Below, in pieces: positions 58,675-64,000 of a DNA stretch of 64,000 nt; within the stretch, counting starts at the first letter, position 1; every line of letters starts with the position of its first letter. This DNA is from Cenarchaeum sp. (lineage in GTDB: Archaea > Thermoproteota > Nitrososphaeria > Nitrososphaerales > Nitrosopumilaceae). Below the pieces are notes generated by a model. The model was not told where the DNA came from and did not search any database. It worked only from the letters and a program-made list of their open reading frames with translations. The position numbers were made by a program, and so were the translations under genes. The stretch is taken from the NCBI GenBank assembly GCA_965242695.1, contig CBDESU010000002.1, positions 1,152,001 through 1,216,000 on the forward strand. Reading direction: 5' to 3'.

Positions 58675-58924
58675 GCTGCAACTGGCAACCGCGCTGTGCC
58701 CTCCGCCCGCCGCGCCCCTGCTGCCCGTCAGCAGCCGCCGTCCTTGGCTGCAACTGGCAACCGCGCTGTGCCCTCCGCCCGCCGCGCCCCTGCTGCCCGT
58801 CAGCAGCCGCCGTCCTTGGCTGCAACTGGCAACCACGCTGTGCCCTCCGCCCGCTGACGCGCGCTGGCCGGCTGCTTGGTCGGCTGGCGCCGCAACTGGC
58901 AACCGCGCTGTGCTCTCCACCCGC
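58675..58924. repeat. 72-bp-period repeat, four copies of a ~33-bp core
   Basis: gcaactggcaacc(g/a)cgctgtgc(c/t)ctcc at 58678, 58750, 58822 and 58892. Confidence 0.9.
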
Positions 58925-59256
58925 GGCGGGCCCCTTCACCTGCCGCGCATACGGGGTCGCGTGGGGAGATCGTCGGCGAACCAGCTGCGGCGCGCAGGGT
59001 CCGCCTCGCGTCATATTTGATCGCCGGTTGCTGGGGCGCACCGATCCGGCGCCCCTGCCGCGCCCCTGCCAAGCGGCGGCGGGCGCCGAAGTGCGGCCCG
59101 CCGCCTCCAGACTGCGCCCTCTGCTGTGCCCTCCCACCGGGCCCGCCATGTGGTCAGAATGCTAGGCGGCCGCATCCCGCCTAGTGGATCTCAAGCGCAC
59201 CCTGCGCCCCTCCCGCGCGCACCTCTTTTAACCGGCCTCCTCCCCGCCACAACGCA

Positions 59257-60615
59257 ATGTCCGCAAGGGTCGTCCCCGCCGCCTCGCTGGCGCTGGCGCT
59301 GGCGCTGGCGCTGGCGATCGCTGCCGGCGGCGCGGCGGCCCCTGCCCAGGCCGCCTTCGCCGACGAGCCGCGCCCCGACCCCGACAGCCCGTACGCGCCG
59401 ATATACTTCGACAAGCCGTCGTACACGTGGACCGACAAGGTGCGCATTACGATAGTGGCGCCAAGCTGGAACGCAAACGCGGACGGAATCGACACGATAG
59501 GCGGGATCGACACGCACGCAGTAACCGTGAGGACGCGCGGCCACGAGCTGTCCCCGTACCGCCTTGTCGAGACGGATCCGGGCAGCGGCGTGTTCGCCGG
59601 CGAGGTGATCCTGACGGGATTCGAGCACGACGCCGACGGCGACGGCTCGCCGGACACTGTTCCCCGCACCCTGGGCTCGGGGCCGACCGGCGGGCACCTG
59701 CAGGCAGGCCGCGACGACGCCGTCACGGTGTCGTTCGAGTTCCGCAGAAACCTGGTCCTCGTAGAGTCGGCGCCCGTCGGGTGGACGAGGGCCGCCGTGT
59801 GGTTCGATGCGGCGGCGTATCCGGCCGGCGGGGACGGGCCGGCCACGGTCGTGGCAGTCGAGCCCGACATGGACATCAACCCAGAGGCGGTCGACCGCCT
59901 GCAGGTCCGCGTCGCCTCGGACTCTGATGCGGCCGGCACCGTCCTCGACCTGATCGAGACGGGCGAGGACACGGGCATGTTCGAGGGCTCGCTGTTCGTC
60001 TCGTCCGGGGCCGCGTCCGGGGGAGCCGGCCTGCTGCGCGCCGCGCCCGGCGACGTGCTGACTGCGACCTATACGGACAGGACGCTGCCGCCGCCGGCAT
60101 CGGCCTCGGACGGCGAGGATATAGTGGCGGTCGCCGGCGTGGTGCCGGGCGAGCCGGCCATGCTCCGGGCGGAGCTGTCGGGCCTGTCCGTGTCCGGCGA
60201 GGGCATCTCGACGGCGCCCGCCGATGCCGATGCCGCCGATGCCGATGCCGCCGGCTCCCCCGCCCCAGCCCCGGCCGCGGCCGGCACGGGGGCGGCGATC
60301 ACGGCGCGCATCGCCAGCCTGGCGCAGCATACCCAGGACTTTGTCGTCGTGTTCCAGGTCGAGGAGCTTGGAAGGGGCGGCCATGTCGGCGGCGGCCCAG
60401 TCGTGGCCCTCTCGTGGGTGAGGGGGAGCCTTGCGCCGATGCAGGCCGTCGACGTCTCGCAGTCGTGGGACCATCCGGCGCCGGGCGGGGGCGCCGGGCC
60501 GGACGCCGCCGGGGCGGGCGGACGGTACGCGGTGCAGGCGCTTGCATGGAGCTCGTTGTCCTCGCCCGTCCCGCTAGCCGCCCCCGCGCGCGCCGAGTTC
60601 GTCGTCGCCCCGTGA
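59257..60615 (+). CDS. Secreted S-layer-like surface protein
   Basis: Signal peptide, FDKPSYTW, LVETDPGSGVF.GE, LIETGEDTGMFEG. Confidence 0.8.
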   Translation: MSARVVPAASLALALALALAIAAGGAAAPAQAAFADEPRPDPDSPYAPIYFDKPSYTWTDKVRITIVAPSWNANADGIDTIGGIDTHAVTVRTRGHELSPYRLVETDPGSGVFAGEVILTGFEHDADGDGSPDTVPRTLGSGPTGGHLQAGRDDAVTVSFEFRRNLVLVESAPVGWTRAAVWFDAAAYPAGGDGPATVVAVEPDMDINPEAVDRLQVRVASDSDAAGTVLDLIETGEDTGMFEGSLFVSSGAASGGAGLLRAAPGDVLTATYTDRTLPPPASASDGEDIVAVAGVVPGEPAMLRAELSGLSVSGEGISTAPADADAADADAAGSPAPAPAAAGTGAAITARIASLAQHTQDFVVVFQVEELGRGGHVGGGPVVALSWVRGSLAPMQAVDVSQSWDHPAPGGGAGPDAAGAGGRYAVQALAWSSLSSPVPLAAPARAEFVVAP

Positions 60616-60712
60616 CGGGCGCCCGTCTCCAGCCCCCTCCGGCGCGCTCTCCCCCTCGTCGCCGGTGCCGTCCGGTGGTCGGCATGACGGGCGCCCGTCT
60701 CCAGCCCCCTCC
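60613..60712. repeat. 28-bp direct repeat x2 including the stop codon
   Basis: tgacgggcgcccgtctccagccccctcc at 60613 and 60685. Confidence 0.85.
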
Positions 60713-60795
60713 AGCCGCGCCCACGCCTGCGCGCGGGCGCGCTACACGATAAGGCTATAAAGCCCCGGCATGCACGCCGCTCGCAGGTAAGTCCA

Positions 60796-61107
60796 ATGGG
60801 CAAGTTACTCGAAAAGGCTCTCAAAGACGCCGTAAAGGCCGGCCAGTGCGCGCTAGGAGCAAGGAGCGTGCAGGGTTCCGTCGCAGGTGCAAAGCTCATA
60901 GTGGTATCCAGGTCGGTGCAGGAGGGCCGCTCGGCGGCCATTGCGGCCGGGGCCGAGGAGGCCGGCGTCCCGACGGTGAGGTTTGCAGGCTCGTCGGTCG
61001 CGCTCGGGAGGCTGTGCGGGGTGCAGTTTCGCGTCTCGGCGGCGGCCCTGACGTCGGCGGCCGATGCGACCGTAAAGTCGATAGTAAGCGAGACTGAAAA
61101 CGAATGA
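60796..61107 (+). CDS. rpl30e: 50S ribosomal protein L30e
   Basis: LG...V, AKLIVVS, GSSVALGRLCG; rpo-str cluster position. Confidence 0.88.
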   Translation: MGKLLEKALKDAVKAGQCALGARSVQGSVAGAKLIVVSRSVQEGRSAAIAAGAEEAGVPTVRFAGSSVALGRLCGVQFRVSAAALTSAADATVKSIVSETENE

Positions 61108-61198
61108 CCGACAGAGAGGCACCAGGCATATCCCGTTGCGCGCAGGCGCGCGCCGTCACACTAGTTGGGGCACCGCCCCGGGACACGACCGATCCGGC

Positions 61199-61669
61199 AT
61201 GACGCAGTCAGTAAAGCTGTCGATGGACCAGATGCGGCTCATGTCGCTGTTCCAGTCCGAGACGAGGGTCACGGCGCGCGACTGCGTAGAGGACGACAAG
61301 CTCGACCGCATCATATTCGTCGTCAACACGGGCGAGATGGGCAAGGCGATCGGCAGGCGCGGCGCCAACATACAGGGCCTCCAGCGCAGGGTCAGGCGCA
61401 ACGTCGAGATCGCCGAGTACAACGAGGATCCCGCGGCCTTCCTGCGCGGCATCCTCAACCCCAAGTTTGTCAGCGAGGTAAAACTAAATACCCGCGATGA
61501 CGGCTCGCGGCAGGCTGTGGTGATGGTGGATCCGCAAAAGAAGGGCCTGGTGGTGGGGCGCGAGGGGCGCAACGCCGAAAAGGCCCGCATGCTCGCAAAG
61601 CGGTACTTTGACATCTCGCGCGTCTCGATAAACAGCGCCGAGGACGACCTCGGGGGCGGCCGGTGGTAG
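61199..61669 (+). CDS. nusA: Archaeal NusA
   Basis: ARDCVED, GKAIGRRG, VGREGRN KH motifs. Confidence 0.92.
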   Translation: MTQSVKLSMDQMRLMSLFQSETRVTARDCVEDDKLDRIIFVVNTGEMGKAIGRRGANIQGLQRRVRRNVEIAEYNEDPAAFLRGILNPKFVSEVKLNTRDDGSRQAVVMVDPQKKGLVVGREGRNAEKARMLAKRYFDISRVSINSAEDDLGGGRW

Positions 61670-61678
61670 GCGAGGGCC

Positions 61679-62116
61679 ATGGCAAAGTCCCCCCTCGGCC
61701 TGTTCGCAGGCCGCGTCCTAAAGGCCAAGAAGAAGCGCCAGCGCTGGTCCATCTCGACGTACAAGCGCCGGCGGCTCGGGCTGGACAAGAAGTCCAACCC
61801 GCTCGCCGGCGCCCCGCAGGCGCGCGGCATAGTCCTTGAAAAGGTCGGCGTCGAGGCAAAGCAGCCGAACTCGGCCGTCCGCAAGTGCGTGCGCGTCCAG
61901 CTCATAAAGAACGGCAAGTCGGTCACTGCGTTCCTTCCGCGCGACGGCGCGATGAACTTTATCGACGAGCACGACGAGGTGCACGTAGAGGGCATGGGGG
62001 CGACGCAGGGCGGCGCCATGGGGGACATTCCGGGCGTGCGCTTCAAGGTGTTCAAGGTCAACGGCACGTCGCTGCACGAGCTCGTAATCGGCAAGAAGGA
62101 GAAGCCGAGGAGATGA
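61679..62116 (+). CDS. rps12: 30S ribosomal protein S12 (uS12)
   Basis: [27 protein letters not shown]. Confidence 0.98.
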   Translation: MAKSPLGLFAGRVLKAKKKRQRWSISTYKRRRLGLDKKSNPLAGAPQARGIVLEKVGVEAKQPNSAVRKCVRVQLIKNGKSVTAFLPRDGAMNFIDEHDEVHVEGMGATQGGAMGDIPGVRFKVFKVNGTSLHELVIGKKEKPRR

Positions 62117-63057
62117 TGGCAATGCCGGAGGATGCGGAGGCGGCAGCAGCGGCAGAGGCGGCGGGGACCGCGGCCGCCGCCGACACGCCGGCCCCTGCGC
62201 AGGCCTCGTCCGCACCAGAGGCCGCAGGGGGCGGCTCCGCGGCGCGCCCCGATCCGGTCGAGTCCCAGGGCGCGCCGGGGGAGGCAGGTAGTGAGGCCGA
62301 AAAGCCGGCCGCCCGGGACGCCCCTGCCGATGCCCCCGCCGCCGGCGGCGTGGAGGGAGGGGACGAAGGGCCCGCAGCCCCAGCAGCCGGCGGCGACGGC
62401 GCCGAGGGGGAAGGCGGCGAGGATGCCGAGCAGCAGGAGGAAGAGGAGGAGCCGCCCGGCCCGCAGCTGCCGAACCTGCTCTTGTTCCGCAGGTGGGACC
62501 TGGACGGGATCGAGGTTCGCGACCCGGGACTGGTCAGCGCCATATCGCTGCGCCGCATGATCCTGCCGTACACGTACGGCCGCTCGGCGCTCAAGAAGTT
62601 CAACAAGGCCGACGCGAACATTGTAGAGCGGCTGGCCAACAAGATGATGCACTTTGGCAAGAGGTACGCAAAGAACACCGGCCGCATGGCCGGCAAGAAG
62701 ACTAGCGTCCTGCGCACCGTCGAGGCCGCATTCGAGATCATACACCTCCAGACGGGGCGCAACCCCGTCGAGGTGCTCGTCAGGGCCGTAGAGCACTCGG
62801 CGCCCAACGAGGACACTACGAGGATCGTGTACGGCGGGGCCGTATACCACGTCTCGGTCGACGTCTCGCCGCTGCGCCGCGTCGACCTTGCGCTCCGGTT
62901 CATCGCCGACGGCGTAAAGGAGGCCGCATTCTCGCGCCCGCGCGCCGTGGAAGAGTGCCTGGCCGACCACCTCATGCTCGCGGCTGCCAACGACCAGAAC
63001 GCCCCGTCGGTCAAGAAGAAGCACGAGCTAGAGCGGATCGCGCAGGCGTCGCGCTAG
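62113..63057 (+). CDS. rps7: 30S ribosomal protein S7 (uS7) with long N-terminal Ala/Glu extension
   Basis: [33 protein letters not shown]. Confidence 0.93.
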   Translation: MMAMPEDAEAAAAAEAAGTAAAADTPAPAQASSAPEAAGGGSAARPDPVESQGAPGEAGSEAEKPAARDAPADAPAAGGVEGGDEGPAAPAAGGDGAEGEGGEDAEQQEEEEEPPGPQLPNLLLFRRWDLDGIEVRDPGLVSAISLRRMILPYTYGRSALKKFNKADANIVERLANKMMHFGKRYAKNTGRMAGKKTSVLRTVEAAFEIIHLQTGRNPVEVLVRAVEHSAPNEDTTRIVYGGAVYHVSVDVSPLRRVDLALRFIADGVKEAAFSRPRAVEECLADHLMLAAANDQNAPSVKKKHELERIAQASR

Positions 63058-63255
63058 GCGGCGCCTGCCGCGGCCGCCGGGCGCGGCGGGGCACGCCCGG
63101 CCTCGCCCGGTTACTTCCGGCACAACATGATCGTCCCTGGGCGCCGCCGCGCGCGCCGGGCCCTCGGCGGCCTGCCGTGAACCGGGGGAACGGCCTCCGT
63201 ACTCTGTGTCGCCGCCTGGCTTGGCGGCGGCGGCGGCGCCTGCTGATGGTGATGA

Positions 63256-63361
63256 TGGTAGCCCGAGGCAGACTCGAACTGCCGCCTTCGCGTATCCTCT
63301 CCTGAGATCCAGAGCGCGAAATCCTTGGCCTGTGTCCAATTGACCGCTAGACTATCGGGCT
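63256..63361 (-). tRNA. tRNA-Gln(CTG) with two ~15-nt introns, CCA encoded
   Basis: AGCCCGA/TCGGGCT acceptor stem; TCGCG-CTCTGG^A-CGCGA anticodon arm; removing 63294-63308 and ~63325-63339 leaves a 76-nt cloverleaf. Confidence 0.88.
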
Positions 63362-63490
63362 ACGGCAGGGGTATCGCAGGGGGCGGTTATAATCGTTTGG
63401 GGCGGGGCGGATCCGGGCCTCCAGCCCCGGCGCCCGCCGCCTCCAGGCGCGCCGGGGAGTGGGGGTGGGAGTCCGACCGCCCGACCGCCC

Positions 63491-63820
63491 TCACCGCTTC
63501 CTGAGCTTGACCTCGTGCACGGCCGTGCCGTAGTCGCACACGGCCCCTAGCCGCATGTACGGTATGAGCCTGTAGTGGATGCAGTACAGGCCGTTGTCCC
63601 TGTAGATGATGCCCTTTTGGAGCAGCGAGGCCAGGCCGCGCGAGAGCCTCTGGACGGTGGCGTTGGGGCCGCCGGCGGCGACCACCCTGTCGCGCTTGTC
63701 GTGGTACTGCTCCTTTGTGAACACGGCATCGCCGACCTCTAGCACGAGCGGCCAGACGAGCTCGGACCACACGTACCGCCGTATGTCGGTGCCCGACGCA
63801 TGCCTGCCCTTCTCGGCCAA
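63491..63820 (-). CDS. Hypothetical protein, winged-helix-like
   Basis: LSRGLASLLQKGIIY..NGLY.I pattern. Confidence 0.7.
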   Translation of the reverse strand: MAEKGRHASGTDIRRYVWSELVWPLVLEVGDAVFTKEQYHDKRDRVVAAGGPNATVQRLSRGLASLLQKGIIYRDNGLYCIHYRLIPYMRLGAVCDYGTAVHEVKLRKR

Positions 63821-63855
63821 CCTAAATAGGCCTCTTGGCGGCCGTATAACTGGAT

Positions 63856-64000
63856 TTGTCTTCGGCCGCCGGCGAGATCGAGGAGTCGCTCAGGATGCTC
63901 TCGCGCGACTGGGACGTCGACCCCGTCCTGCGCGACTTTGCGCTAGGCCGGATACGCGCCGTCTCGGACCATGCCGTCCGGGTCGGGCGCGTCACGTTCC
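63856..64000 (+). CDS. Hypothetical protein, runs off the window end
   Basis: TTG start after tataac; open frame SSAAGEIEESLRMLSRDWDVDP... Confidence 0.6.
   Translation, partial: MSSAAGEIEESLRMLSRDWDVDPVLRDFALGRIRAVSDHAVRVGRVTF

Noticed and set aside
58675-58924. Formal CRISPR call
   Set aside because: Two of three spacers are identical, there is no AT-rich leader or typical repeat end, and no cas genes are in the window.

Overview
This is a very GC-rich (roughly 70% by eye) chromosomal segment from an ammonia-oxidising archaeon (Thaumarchaeota/Nitrosopumilaceae-like). The assignment rests on the unsplit rpoA (A'+A'' fused), PEFG-CTERM proteins, the acetyl/propionyl-CoA carboxylase operon, Alba and an intron-containing tRNA. 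Most of the window is core genome: ilvE, argH, sdhACDB, rfcL, acc, nuoAB, larCE-iscS, rpoH-B-A, L30e-nusA-S12-S7 and five tRNAs. Small accessory islands are interspersed. The best candidate for a new system is a lower-GC cassette at about 13.3-15.1 kb. There, an SRA-like (modified-DNA reader) domain is fused through a winged-helix-like segment to an antitoxin-like tail, and the gene overlaps a RelE/YafQ-like toxin. A decayed duplicate of the antitoxin-tail/toxin pair follows. Other accessory items are a frameshifted DNA methyltransferase, a Type IIG-like R-M fusion, an orphan AAA ATPase, an ArdC-like gene at tRNA-Lys, a hicB/decayed hicA pair and several tandem repeats. All calls come from motif recognition by eye; no database searches were run.
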